64,000 nt of DNA from Octopus vulgaris (lineage: Eukaryota). Under the pieces are notes generated by a model that was given only the letters and a program-made list of their open reading frames with translations, made no database searches and was not told the origin of the DNA. Both the position numbers and the translations under genes were made by a program. Shown piece after piece: positions 1 through 12,662 of this stretch. How positions within the stretch are numbered: position 1 is the stretch's first letter; each line of letters opens with the position of its first letter. The stretch lies in the NCBI GenBank assembly GCA_951406725.2, contig OX597833.1:19096001-19160000 (forward strand). Direction: 5' to 3'.

Positions 1-91
1 TTGAACCAATTGACCCCAATGATAATTGTTTTTTTTTCAATCTGGTACTTATTCTATTGGAACCTTTTGCCAAACTGCTAAGTCACTGGGA

Positions 92-484
92 TACTCTTTA
101 CTCTTTTACTTGTTTCAGTCATTTGACTGCGGCCATGCTGGAGCACCGCCTTTTATTCGAGCAAATCGACCCCGGGACTTATTCTTTGTAAGCCCAGTAC
201 TTATTCTATCAGTCTCTTTTGCTGAACCGCTAAGTGACGGGGACGTAAACACACCAGCATCTAGGGGGACAAACAGAGACACATAAATATACACACACAT
301 ATATATATATATACATATATACGACGGGCTTCTTTCAGTTTCCGTCTACCAAATCCACTCACAAGGCTTTGGTCGGCCCGAGGCTATAGCAGAAGACACT
401 TGCCCAAGATGCCACGCAGTGGGACTGAACCCGGAACCATGTGGTTGGTTAGCAAGCTACTTACCACACAGCCACTCCTGCGCC
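92..484 (-). mobile_element. tRNA-derived SINE family 1, minus orientation (representative copy)
   Basis: Reverse complement of the same consensus. Other minus copies: ~6800-7206, 8454-8844, 9410-9793, 35499-35987, 36736-37124, 54590-54975, 60497-60890. Confidence 0.9.
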
Positions 485-984
485 TATGGATGTATGCAAA
501 CCAACATTGGTTGTCAAACAGTGGGGAGGAGACAAACACAAAGGCACACATGCGTACATACAAGAATATGATGGGGTTCCACACAGTTTCCATTTACCAG
601 ATTTACTTGCAAGGCGTTGGCATGTCTGGGGCCATAGAAGAAGAAACTTGCCCAAGGTGGCACCTAGTGAGACTGAACTTGAAATCTCATAGTTTCAAAG
701 CAAGTTTCTTCACCACACAGTCATGTTTGTGCCCCTCTCTTACCATTTACTTGTTTCAGTTATTACACTGTGGCCATTCTGGGGCACTGCATAGAGGAAT
801 TTTAGTCGTACTAATCGACCTCAGTACTTATTTTCTTTTTAAGCCTGCTTCTTATTATATCAGTCTCTTTTGCTGAACTGCTAAGTTACAGGAATGTAAA
901 CACACCAACACCGGCTGTCGAGCAGTAGTGAGGAACAAACACAGACACAAAGACGTACCCACAAAGATATGTGTGTGTGTATAT

Positions 985-1322
985 GTGAAGATGCATGGCT
1001 CAGTGGTTAGAGCGTTGAACTAATGACCGTGAAGTTGTGACTTCGTATCTCGGACCAGGCTGCATGTTGTGTTCTTGAGCAAGACACTTTATTTCACGTT
1101 GCTCCAGTTCACTCAGCTGTAGAAATGAGTTGCAACGTCACTGGTGCCAAGCTGTATTGGCCTTTGCCTTTCCTTTGGATAACATCGGTGGCATGGTGAG
1201 AGGGGAGACTGGTATTCATGGGTGACTGCTAGTCTTCCATAAACAACCTTGCCCGGTCTTGTGCCTCGGAGGGTAACTTTCTAGGTGCAATACCATGGTC
1301 ATTTGTGACTGAAGGAGGTCTC
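985..1322 (+). mobile_element. tRNA-derived SINE family 4 (also ~36075-36530)
   Basis: tggctcagtggttagagc head; ttcttgagcaagacactttatttcacgttgctccagttcactcagctgt central block. Confidence 0.75.
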
Positions 1323-1586
1323 CGATATATATATATATATAAACAAACTTCGGTTGTAGAACAAACAACAAATTTAAGGTCATCCACTTAACATATCATA
1401 TCTTGAACATTTAATCACATACAAAGAAATGCTTTTTCTTATACATAGAATACGGATGCACAAAATCACAGAAGAGGCAACAATATTTCATTTAGACAAG
1501 CATATACTCTTCTCATTTACTTGAGCACTTCTATTGCTCTCCTATTAACCTTCTTGTTCCTAATAAGAAACAATCACTATTATTAT

Positions 1587-1631
<45 letters not shown>

Positions 1632-4600
1632 CGCAGGAGTGGCTGTGTGGTAAGTAGCTTGTTTACCAACCACATGGTTCAGGGTTCAGTCCCACTGCGT
1701 GGCACCTTGGGCAAGTGTCTTCTACTATAGCCTCGGGCCGACCAAGGCCTTGTGAGTGGATTTGGTAGACGGAAACTGAAAGAAGCCCGTCGTATATATG
1801 TATATATATATATGCATGTGTGTGTTTGTGTGTCTGTGTTTGTCCCCCTAGCATTGCTTGACAACCGATGCTGGTGTGTTTATGTCCCTGTAACTTAGCA
1901 GTTCGGCAAAAGAGACCGATAGAATAAGTACTGGGCTTACAAAAGAATAAGTCCCGGGGTCGAGTTGCTCGATTAAAGGCGGTGCTCCAGCATGACCACA
2001 GTCAAATGACTGAAACAAGTAAAAAAGAGTAAAAAGAATATATATATATATATACAATGGGCTTCTTTCAGTTTCTGTCTACCAAATCCACTCACAAGGC
2101 TTTGGTCATCCTGAAGCAGTAGCAGAAGACTCTTGCCGAGGGTACTACACAACAGGACTGAACTCCAAAACCATTTGGTTTGGAAGCAAACTTCATACTA
2201 CACAGCCATGCCTGTGCCTACATATGTATTTTTTAAATGGCTTAGTCAGATGAGGAAGGGCAGTGGCCAGATCTTTTCTAGGGATTGAACCTAAATCCAT
2301 ATAGTTGAGACGCAAACTTCTTAACCTCTTATATAGTTGAGACGCAAACTTCTTAACTTCTTAGCTATGGCAAAATGTAATAAGAATAACGATGATGACA
2401 ACAATCAATACATAATCTTAAAGATGTGTAACTGGCAGTTCAATTGAATTGAACCCAGTACATTACTGGTGATGGCCAGGTCACAGATCTCATTACACAG
2501 GCTGACGAAACCTGCTCCTGGTACTATGTAAACCAGTATTACCAGCTCCATGGTTGAATGGATGGTGACTAAACCAGTTCCTCCACTTGAGTAGCTTACT
2601 ACTTTTGTGAGGAGGATTTCTGGAAACCTAGCAGGACTAAAAACAAGGCCTATCAAGGGACAGATGGCAATCCAGTTGGGAGAGGAAATGGAAAACCATT
2701 CCCAATATCTTTGCCATGTAAACCTTATGAAGAAGTAAAGCTATGGCTTCATCTGAAGGGAGAACTTGTGTTTAATTGGGAAGTCTTTCATTGTAGTGTC
2801 ATCCACAAGTGTAACCAGATGGGAAGGGACCGTTGTGCTTTGGGTGGCACCACTTCTGGGTCTGCTGTAGACTATAAGTCTGTATAGGCTGTACTGAAAC
2901 CACTTAACAGTAGTTTTAATGTTAGGACACAGACGCTACTCACTGTTAAATGCAAGAATTGATATAGTAATACATGATCTGTTTATTGTTTGAAACAGGG
3001 GTGGAAAACTGAAGGGCTGCCCCTGCTGGCACACACTCTAGCTATGCAACTGGTGTCATCAACATACTGCAAAAGTGTATGATACAGAATGACAACGACA
3101 TGACTCATACTCTATTTAATTTAGAAAGATGAGAAGCAAATTCAAACTTCATTAAATTTGAATTCGCAATGTAGATTTATGAAGGTAAGTACTGGAAATG
3201 ATTCAAGTCGATAAAGCTTCAAGGTTGCTCTGACAACCAAGGACAAGTACCTCTCCAAGCTGTGTTTTCTGGCCTAGGAGGTCATGCTGAGAATTGGCCC
3301 ATTAATCCAGATTATTCTCAGCATTTTTTTCCCAATCATTCGGCAAATCTAGGCCTAGAAGGACATGCTGAGAATTGACCCATTCACTCAGGCCATTCTC
3401 AGCAATTTCCTCCAAAAATCATCATCATCATCATTTAATGTCTGTCTTTCATGATGGCCTGGGTTGAATGGCTCAAGAGGAGCTAGCAAGCCAGAGAACA
3501 GCTAAGGTCTCCATTGTCTGCTGTGGCATGGCTTCTATGGCTGGATACTCCTACTAATGCCAACCACTTTACAGCATCTAGGAGGTGTCTTTTGTGTGGC
3601 ACCATGAAGCTGTCTCTATCTTTGCACTAAGGTCACACATTTCGAAGAACTAATACGGTCAGTGAAAGACTACTGCTTATTTTATTAAGCTTTGTGCAAT
3701 GTAAGACAAAGTTGATGTCAGCAGGCAAGGATGCAGCCACATATCACATCGTCCGATGCTCTACTAATTCTGCCATTCATGATCCCAACACTACTACTAC
3801 TACTACTGCTACTGCTGCTGCTACTACTGCAACCGCCGCCACCATCACCAACAACAACATCATCATCATCATCGTCGTCGTCATTTAACGTCTGTTTTCC
3901 ATGCTAGCATGGGTTGGACGGTTCGATCGGGGTCTGGAAAGCCAGGAGGCTGCACCAGGCTCCAGTCTGATCTGGCAGTGTTTCTCTAGCTGGATACCCC
4001 TTCCTAACGCCAACCACTCCGTGAGTGTAGTGGGTGCTTTTTATGTGCCACCGGCACAGGGGCCAGAGGAGGCTGGCAGCGGCCACGGTCAGTTGGTGGT
4101 TTTTAACGGTGCTTTTTAACATAATAAAAATAATGACAAGCACGACAAAGAAACATCTAAATCAGTTGTTTTCAGCTGGGGTCCATATAAGATCTTGTTG
4201 TTAAAATGTATGTGCAATGACTTGCTTATTCCTCTACAATACACAAAATATTTCAAAATTTTGTTGCTAAAACTTATCTGCAATAAATTGGTTTACTGCA
4301 CAATTCCTAATGATAATTAATTCTTAAAACACAATAGGATTTTTGAAACACTGAATGGCTATTGAGAGTCCAGAAAAGTAAAACAGAAATCAAAGGGGTC
4401 TATAGGCAAAAAATGGTTGAGAACTACTGATCAAAATAATCCTTTCTACTGAAAGCACAAGGCCTGAAATTTGGGGGTAGGGACTAAGTCAATTACATCA
4501 ACCCCAGTGCCTAACTAGTGCTTAATTTATTGACCCCGAAAGGATGAAAGGCAAAGTCAACGTTAGCAGAATTTGAACTCAGAACATAGTGATGGGCGAA

Positions 4601-4917
4601 ATACCACTAAGCATTTAGCCCAGCGTGCTAAAGATTCTGCCAGCTCACTGCTGACTGATCAAAATAATAGTTGCTTGACCCATTGAACCATTTTTCTAAA
4701 ATATGAAAAAAAAACAAAAAAAACAAAACAAAAAACAAAACAAAAAAAAACTTTGAATTGCCCAGTCTTAGATATGTACTATCAGTAGAAAATAAATGGG
4801 ATGGTCACAATGGGTGGGGTACATTTTTGATAATAGGTTTTCTAGAGCAGTTCTGACCAAGGGTTAAAAACGACAATGAAGACAGAAGACAGAATGAGGA
4901 AGATAGAAGATACGAAC

Positions 4918-4980
4918 CTCAGGAACATGAGAAGCAACGGAAGACTTATGTAACTCAGCTTTATGTATGTCTTGCATTTT
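4918..4980 (-). CDS. CENATAC: CENATAC/CCDC84 coding exon 5 (coiled coil); downstream exons not identified
   Basis: atttcag acceptor; KMQDIHKAELHKSSVASHVPE aligns with recalled CCDC84 [27 protein letters not shown] donor; 63 nt, phase 0 to 0. Confidence 0.75.
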
Positions 4981-5702
4981 CTGAAATGATTTAAAAAAAA
5001 ATTAAATTGGAGAAAACAATACAAAACAAAGCAAAAAAAAACACCCCCAAAAAAACAAAAAAGATAATTATAGTGCAATATTAATTATCAACTGTGGAGG
5101 CGCAATGGCCCAGTGGTTAGGGCAGCAGATTCGCGTTTGTAGGATCATGGTTTTGATTCCCAGACCGGGCGTTGCGAGTGCTTATTGAGCAAAAACACCT
5201 AAAGCTCCACGAGGCTTCGGTAGGGGGTGGTGGCCATCCCTGCTGTACTCTTTCGCCGCAACTTCCTCCCACTCTTTCTTCTGTTGGCCTGCTCGCTTAG
5301 CCAGTGGGGTGGCGTCATTTAAAGGCTAAAACAATGCGAAGCGCATTGTGACCAGCAATGTGTAGCAACATCTAATAGCCTGTTCGGTTACGGTGATCAT
5401 GATGATTAATTATCAACTAAAGGTGGTCCTCCACCCAGACATCGACCCTGATGGCTGCAGCAAGCTAAAGAACTACACTAACAGTTTAACTGTCTCTTTG
5501 TTTCAGTCTTTGTATTTAGATGCAGAAGCTCACTTTGCCAGAGCCAGTTTCAGCCGGGTTGGTACCGAAAGGGTAAAGACCTAAAGTTACTTGACCAGTC
5601 CAGTACCTGAACTTCTGTCCTGGACATTGTGCCACACTCTGTAAACTAAATGTAAACAGAAAATAAAGGACTGAAAAAATCTAAAGACAAAATGCATCAT
5701 AC

Positions 5703-5769
5703 CACAAAAATTTCTGTCTGGAATTGTTTTTCAAGATCTTTAGTTGCCTTCAGCACAGATTCATTATGT
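5703..5769 (-). CDS. CENATAC: CENATAC/CCDC84 coding exon 4 (coiled coil)
   Basis: ttttgtttttcag acceptor; (R)HNESVLKATKDLEKQFQTEIFV; GTATGA donor. 67 nt, phase 2 to 0, matching both neighbours. Confidence 0.75.
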
Positions 5770-5838
5770 CTGAAAAACAAAAGATAATTGCATCTATGAT
5801 AATATTTTATAGCATATCAAAAGAAATTGTCAAATATG

Positions 5839-6271
5839 TAGAGGTGCTGGAAATTTCCTGACGTTAAGGGTATCATGAAAGGCCTAGTCGGAAGCCCTCA
5901 CTTCTGAATTCTTTTACAGGGCTTAGAAAAACTGGAGGAAACTGCAACAAGCGTGTGAATCTGGGTGAGGAATATGTTGGATAAAATCATGATTAACTGA
6001 TCTCCTTGTATTTTTTTTTTTACCCAAAGCCAGGAACTTTTCAGCACCCCTCTTGTATGTGTGTGTGTATATTTCTATATACAAGGGGTGGGGCTATGGC
6101 CTAGTTGGTGGCTCAACTTTCCAAGTTCTTTTACAGGTCTTAGAAAAACTGAAAGACCACTGCAACAAGTGTGTGAATCTGAGTGAGGAGCATGTTGAAT
6201 AAAATCATAATTAACTGATCTCCTTGTATTTTTTTTACCCAAAGCCAGGAATTTTCCAGCACCTTTTCGTA
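5839..6271 (+). mobile_element. Two tandem mariner-derived mini-elements
   Basis: Each retains a degenerate mariner C-terminus (GL.KL...C.KCV...EYV) and the TIR caggaacttttcagcacccctc-ta; copies ~5839-6057 and ~6079-6271. Confidence 0.7.
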
Positions 6272-7684
6272 CATATACACTCTTGCAAATCCCATTCCTT
6301 CCCACTCCTAATCCTAGTTCCACTATCCCCACTCACCGCTATTCACCTTGCAATTTGAGGAGCCACCTGGACACATTGTCGGCACAATTTATCCTGTCAC
6401 AAAAGTGGCAAAAACGTTAGCACTCTGGGGTGAAATGCTTTAGTGGTATTTCGCCTGTCTTTATGTTCTGAGTTCAAATTCTGCTGAGGTCGACTTTGCC
6501 TTTCATCCTTTCAGGGTCGATAAATTAGGTACCAGCTGTGTACTGCAGTTAATCTAATTGACTGGCCCCCTCCCCCCAAATTTCAAGCCTTGTGCCTAGA
6601 GCAGAAAAGAATTTATCCCTTCACATTAAGGTGGTGAGCTGGCAGAAATGTCAGCACGCTGGGCGAAATGCTTAGCAGTATTTCGTCTGTCTTTACGCTC
6701 TGGGTTCAAATTTTGCCGAGGTCAACTTTGCCTTTCATCCTTTCAGGGTTGATAAATTAAGTACCAGTTGCATACAGGAGTCGATCTAATCGACTGGCTT
6801 CTCTTTTACTTGTTTTAGTCATTTGACTGTGGCACCGCCTTCAGTCAAGCAAATTGACCCCGGGACTTATTCTTTGTAAGCCTAGTACTTATTCTATTGG
6901 TCTCTTTTGCCGAACCGCTAAGTTACGGGGACGTAAACACACCAGCATCGGTTGTCAAACGATGTTGGGGGGACAAACACAGACACACAAACATATACAT
7001 ACACACACATACATACATACATATATATATATATACACACATATATATGACGGGCTTCTTTCAGTTTCCATCTACCAAATCCACTCACAAGGTTTTGGTC
7101 GGCCCGAGGCTATAGAAGACATTTGCCCAAGGTGCTACGCAGTGGAACTGAACCCGGAACCATGTGGTTGGTAAGCAAGCTACTCACCACACAGCCACTC
7201 CTATGCCTCTGTCCCCAAAATTTTGTGCCTTGTGCCTAGAGTAGAAAAGAATTTATCCCTTCACAGTTTCTACAGATCATTTCCATCCTCTCTTCTAAAT
7301 ATGAGTAGCCATGTAACTCCTCTACAAGAACCTGCTGTGCACCACACTTAAAACTTTTACTCTCTCAAATCCTAACATAAAAACCCACTCCCACATTTCA
7401 AGTTTTCTAGTCTTGATTAAAAGAAAAAATAGCAATTAGTATAAAATGTATAAAAGGACTTGAACTGGAATATGTGGCTTTGCATGAATGGGAGAAATTA
7501 AAAGATTAAAAATTTAATTGAGTGCAGAAGTGAATTAGTCCAGATCTGCTAGATTGAATTATATGCTTATAAAGTAGCATTCAGTATCTATGAGAATTTG
7601 GGGGAGTACGTAATGTCTGGTCTTTCGCATGTAGCCGGTATGTAATTGTGCATTTGTTTCGTGTACTGTGTTGTGTGTAAAAAA

Positions 7685-8170
7685 CGTCCTGATGAGGGGA
7701 GTGTCGATTTTAAATATATGATATCATCATCGTTTAATGTCCGTTTTCCGCGCTAGCACGGGTTGGACGGTTCGACCGGAGTCTGGGAAGCCAGGGCTGC
7801 ACCAGGCTCCAGTCTGATCTGGCAGTGTTTCTACAGCTGGATGCCCTTCCTAATGCCAACCACTCCACGAGTGTAGTGGGTGCTTTTTACATGCCACCTG
7901 CACAGGTGCCAGGAGGGGGGGGGGGGGGTCTGGCATCGGCCATGTTCGGATGGTGCTTTTTATGTGCCACCGGCACAGAAGCCAGTCGAGGCGGCGCTGG
8001 CAACGGCCACGTTCGGATGGTACTTTTTATGTGCCACCGACACAGGTATCACAACTACTGTTTCCATTGATATTTGTTTCGATGTTCGTGTACATGCACT
8101 TGACTCAACAGGTCTCCTCAAGCACAATGTTTCATATTAATTGGCGCATCTCCGAAACGGCCTGTAGATG
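7685..8170 (+). ncRNA. Hammerhead ribozyme split by a retroelement insertion in loop II
   Basis: cgtc CTGATGA ggggagtgtcga (7685-7707) ... ttggcgcatctcc GAAAC ggcct GTA gatg (8141-8170); stems I and II pair across the ~400-bp insert. Confidence 0.65.
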
Positions 8171-9167
8171 AACTTTTATGTATTTTTGTAAGTGTGTATA
8201 TTTATCTTCTATGTATTTTTCTCTGTAATTTTAATTCATCTTTTTAATGTCATTGTATGTTTTATTACCCCAAATTTTTAATTTAACAAATTTATACTAA
8301 ACTAGCACCAAGACACGGCAACGCCGGGTAATAATGCTAGTATATATATGCATACACACAGACTCACAGAGACCCACTCACACGCACACACGCGTATATA
8401 TATATATATATATAAATAAACGTTCATCAGTGTTTTGTTTCTTTCTATTTACATACTCTTTTACTTGTTTCAGTCATTTGACTGCGGCCATGCTGGAGCA
8501 ACGCCTTTAGTCGAGCAAATCGACCCCGGGACTTATTCCTTGTAAGCCCAGTACTTATTCTTTGTAAGTCTATTACTTATTCTATCGTACTCTTTTGCCG
8601 AACCGCTAAGTCACGTAAACAAACCAGCATCGGTTGTCAAGCAATGCTAGGGGGACAAACACAGATATACAAACATATATGCGACAGTCTTCTTTCAGTT
8701 TCCGTCTACCAAATCCACTCACAAGGCATTGGTCGGCCCGGGGTTATAGCAGAAGACACTTGCCCAAGATGCCACGCAGTGGGACTGAACCCGGAACCAT
8801 GTGGTTGGTTAGCAAGCTACTTACCACACAGCCACTCCTGCGCCTATAAATATATAAATATTTTATTTATCACTCCCAAGAAGTCCTATTTTTTCTTTTT
8901 CATCTTTCCTATCTCTCTCTTCTTTCGCCCTCTCTCACTTTCTTCATTTATACAATTCACATACATACATAGAAATATACATAATTACATCTATACACAA
9001 TGCATATATACATACATACACAGAGATCAAAGGGCAAAAGGAAGTGATGTTTTCAAACGCTACACTTGTCTAGACATTCAATTGATACTATACTAATCAC
9101 ATTTCCTTTGCTAACCGAGATTTGAAAAAGCAAATCTCTCTCTCTCTCTCATTCTCTATCTCACTCT

Positions 9168-9386
9168 TTCGTAGCTAGAAATAGCAGCGAAATCACGAAC
9201 AAATCATAGACATCTTTTTTCTATAGTTAGAAATAGCAGCCAAATCTGGCACAAATCATAAACATAAATGTTTCGTAGCTAGAAATAGCAGCCAAATCTC
9301 GAACAGATCATAGACATCTTTTTTCTATAGCTAGAAATAGCAGCCAAATCCCACATAATTCTTAGACATCTCACTCTCATAGCTAA
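9168..9386 (+). repeat. Minisatellite, ~51-bp units in A-B-A-B arrangement
   Basis: tagctagaaatagcagccaaatc...aaatcatagacatc repeated four times plus a partial unit. Confidence 0.85.
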
Positions 9387-9612
9387 AACTTAATTCAACT
9401 TAACTTAAACTAGTCGAGCAAATCAACACCTGTAAGCCTCGTAATTATTTTATCGGTTTCTTTCGCAGAACCGCTAAATTATGGGGAGGTAAACACACCC
9501 ACATCGGTTGTCAAGCGATGTTGGGGGGAGAAATACAGACACACAAACACACACACACGTACACACACACACACGCACGCACACACACACACCTATATAT
9601 ATGTATATATAT

Positions 9613-9647
<35 letters not shown>

Positions 9648-9815
9648 CGACGAGCTTCTTTTAGTTTCCATCTACGAAATCCACTCACAAGGCTTTGGTC
9701 GGCAAACAAAACACTTGCCCAAGGTGCCACGCAGTGGGACTGAACCCAGAGCAATGTTGTAAACAATCTATTTACCACACAGCCACTGCTGCACCCCTCT
9801 CTCTCTCTCTCCATC

Positions 9816-9881
<66 letters not shown>

Positions 9882-9882
<1 letters not shown>

Positions 9883-10272
9883 TAGCAGTATCGCCCGGCG
9901 TTGCTCGGGTTTGTAAGGAAAATAATTATATAAGCATTTTTAGAGTTATAGCCAAAAAATAGCAAAAAAATGCATTAAGAATGGAAAAAAAATGATGGTA
10001 AATTTTTTAAAAATCGTTGACTCATCGTAGACATTTTTAGAGAGTTACTTCCCTTATATGATAGCGAAAAATGCATTAAAATGGAAAAAATTGATGGTAA
10101 ATTTTTTTTTAAATCGTAGACTCATCGTAGACGCGCGCTAATACCCAGAAGGGCTCGATATGAATCACGACTATAAGATACCCGGTTTTGGTTAAACTGC
10201 ACCGCAAAATGTTGGAGTAGTTAGGAATCTAAATCGTAGGAGACAGACACACAACCTCTCTTTTATATATAA

Positions 10273-10275
<3 letters not shown>
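9882..10275 (-). mobile_element. Non-autonomous Helitron, family A
   Basis: 5' TCTTTATATATAAAAG and 3' cccgagcaacgccggg hairpin plus CTAG; inserted in (AT)n with no TSD. Confidence 0.85.
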
Positions 10276-10307
<32 letters not shown>

Positions 10308-11052
10308 TAGATAGATAGATAGATAATAACAAAGGGTAAAATTAATTAATTAAGAAGTAATCAGTAATTTCACCAAGTAGAATTCGGCATGAAAAAGACC
10401 ATTTCATGGTAAGCTTAAGTAATACTTTATAATTAGGGTTCAGCAAAGATTTGCTTCACCCACATACCGAAGTTTAGAAATAGCAGTCAAAAAATCTTTG
10501 TCCCCTCTGTGTTTTGCCCCTTGCCAGAACAAATTTAGACAAAATGTAAATAAACCAGAAATGGGGGGGGGGGGCAATGTTTTATCGTTTCGGGGTTGAT
10601 AAATTAAGTATCAGTTACGCACTGGTGTCGAGGATTTTTTTCCCCAATTTATATCATAGCCTCCGACAAGCTGGGGCATCATTTTATGAAAAAATATTTC
10701 GGAAATTTTTACAATACGACCCAGAATTCACGCACCCTCATAGTCCCACACTTTTTTTTGTTGTTTTTGGCCCTTCAAAACCATGGGAGAAGCCTTTTTG
10801 GTCTAAAAACATAAAGAAAATATTCAAAAAATGTCGTTAATATTTTTATTGGGCGACGAAATTCATCGATTTAAGAAATTTTGCTGTTCTTTCTAGCGCA
10901 TGCCAAGACGACCCTCCTCGTTTTTTTATGAATGTCGATAACGAATTGCTGCCGTCGATAACAAATCTGTCTTCGAACTGTCTCTCAAACACACTCCAGC
11001 CTTCACAAACATATATTTTCCAAGACACATTGCTTCTGTATATATATATATA

Positions 11053-12662
11053 CTAGCAGAATTGCCCGGCGATGCTCGGGGCTGAATTGCTTGAAAGTAC
11101 TGTTAATGATTGCACTGAATTATGATGATTATTCAGGCAAATATTGATATAAGTTTACGGTGGGAGATAAGGACTTAACGATCAAACGTGTGCCATTGCA
11201 TTGTTTTGGGGGAACCAAATTTCTAATGAGCATTATAGGGGCACCAACTTCAAGTTTGAGAATGTGTGGTGGTAGTCCGGGGGGGCTCAAAGGAATTAAG
11301 TACCTCTATTGGATAGTTGATGACGTCCTCTGGGTCAGGAGTTGTATCGATAGACTTATATACATAGACATCCCCAGGAATGAGTTTTAGCATTTTATCA
11401 TTAATATGGTGAACAGTTTTATTCCTCGGGGCCAGAATAGCCCTTTGGCCAATCCAATCCATATTCTGATAATTAGCTTGTAGATCTGGGAACACTGCAT
11501 CTCTGAGATCAGAAGGTGTTTTAACAATGGTACAAATGGAATCGATGGCAATATTACCATTTTCATCCCCTGGTATTTTGCCGTCGCCAAGTGCAAGGAG
11601 GGTGTGAGAAAATGCCGCTGATGTGATATTACGTCGCATATGAGCACGCATATTGGTTTGAAGTTTGAGAGTCTTCACCAGTGGCCACAATGTGGATGAC
11701 TTAAGACACACACTTACTGCATCAGCTCTAGTCCCTTTGGGAATAACGGGAAGTGTTTGTCAGAAGTCCCCTGAAAGAAGAAGTGTTATGCCTCCCATGG
11801 GAGCTGAAGAGTGTTTGATGTCTCTGAGAGATCTATCTAGTGCCTCAAGAGCACCTCTGTGGGCCATCGTGCATTCATTCCAAACGATAAGCTTGCATCG
11901 TCTGAAGACTTCTGCCTGATCGAAGCTGTTACTGATGTTGCAAGTTGGTGTCTCAGTCTTCGCTAAGTCAAGTGGAAGCTTGAAAGTGGAGTGAGCTGTC
12001 CTGCCACCTGGCAACAAAGTAGCCGCAATTCCAGATGATGCCACAGCTATGGCAATGCTTTGTGTTCGCCTAATCTCAGCCAATATTAATTTGTTGACAA
12101 AAGTTTTCCCAGTGCCCCCAGGAGTGTCCAGGAAAAAAATCCCCCCAGCTTTGGCCCGGACTGAATTAACAACGGAGTTGTAAGCGAACTTCTGTTCTGG
12201 AAGGAGCTTTGGCTCATTGTCGGCTATGTACTCGGCAAGCTCGTCAACATTAAAACATGTCTCACGCAGCAAATGTGAAGACAGAGTGTTTGTGCCTTCC
12301 CGGTTTGTTGAGGGTAGGTCATAGACCGGCAAGGCACTACCACCCATATCAAGTACAGTATCTTCGAACGTAGTTTGTTACCACACAGCCACACCTGCCA
12401 TATCCCCCCAGCTTTGGCCCGGACTGAATTAACAACGGAGTTGTAAGCGAACTTCTGTTCTGGAAGGAGCTTTGGCTCATTGTCGGCTATGTACTTGGCA
12501 AGCTCGTCAACATTAAAACATGTCTCACGCAGCAAATGTGAAGACAGAGTGTTTGTGCCTTCCCGGTTTGTTGAAGGTAGGCCATAGACCGGCAAGGTAC
12601 TACCGCCCATATCAAGTACAGTATCTTCGAACGTAGTTTGTTACCACACAGCCACACCTGCC
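11053..12662 (-). pseudogene. Helitron RepHel PIF1-family helicase remnant with Helitron 3' terminus
   Basis: FFLDTPGGTGKTF, VASSGIAATLLPGGRTAHSTFKLP, LLSGDF*QTLP, RAILAPRN, CNGTRL motifs; in-frame stop and frameshift; hairpin (cccgagcatcgccggg) plus CTAG end at 11053; 263-bp internal tandem duplication. Confidence 0.92.

Noticed and set aside
400-876. Recurrent ORFs such as MPKMPRSGTEPGTMWLVSKLLTT and [12 protein letters not shown] runs
   Set aside because: These are translations of SINE family 1 and of microsatellites, repeated throughout the window without coding constraint.
1521-1559. Candidate CENATAC exon 6 (minus strand, ttattag acceptor)
   Set aside because: It has a stop in the phase required after exon 5 and no recognisable similarity; left unassigned.
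10846-11028. 60-aa ORF next to the Helitron end
   Set aside because: No recognisable domain, start context or splice sites; probably an unclassified repeat.
11250-12347. Host PIF1 helicase gene
   Set aside because: Intronless, with a stop, a frameshift and a DE to NE Walker B change, and ending in a Helitron hairpin-CTAG; it is a transposon remnant.
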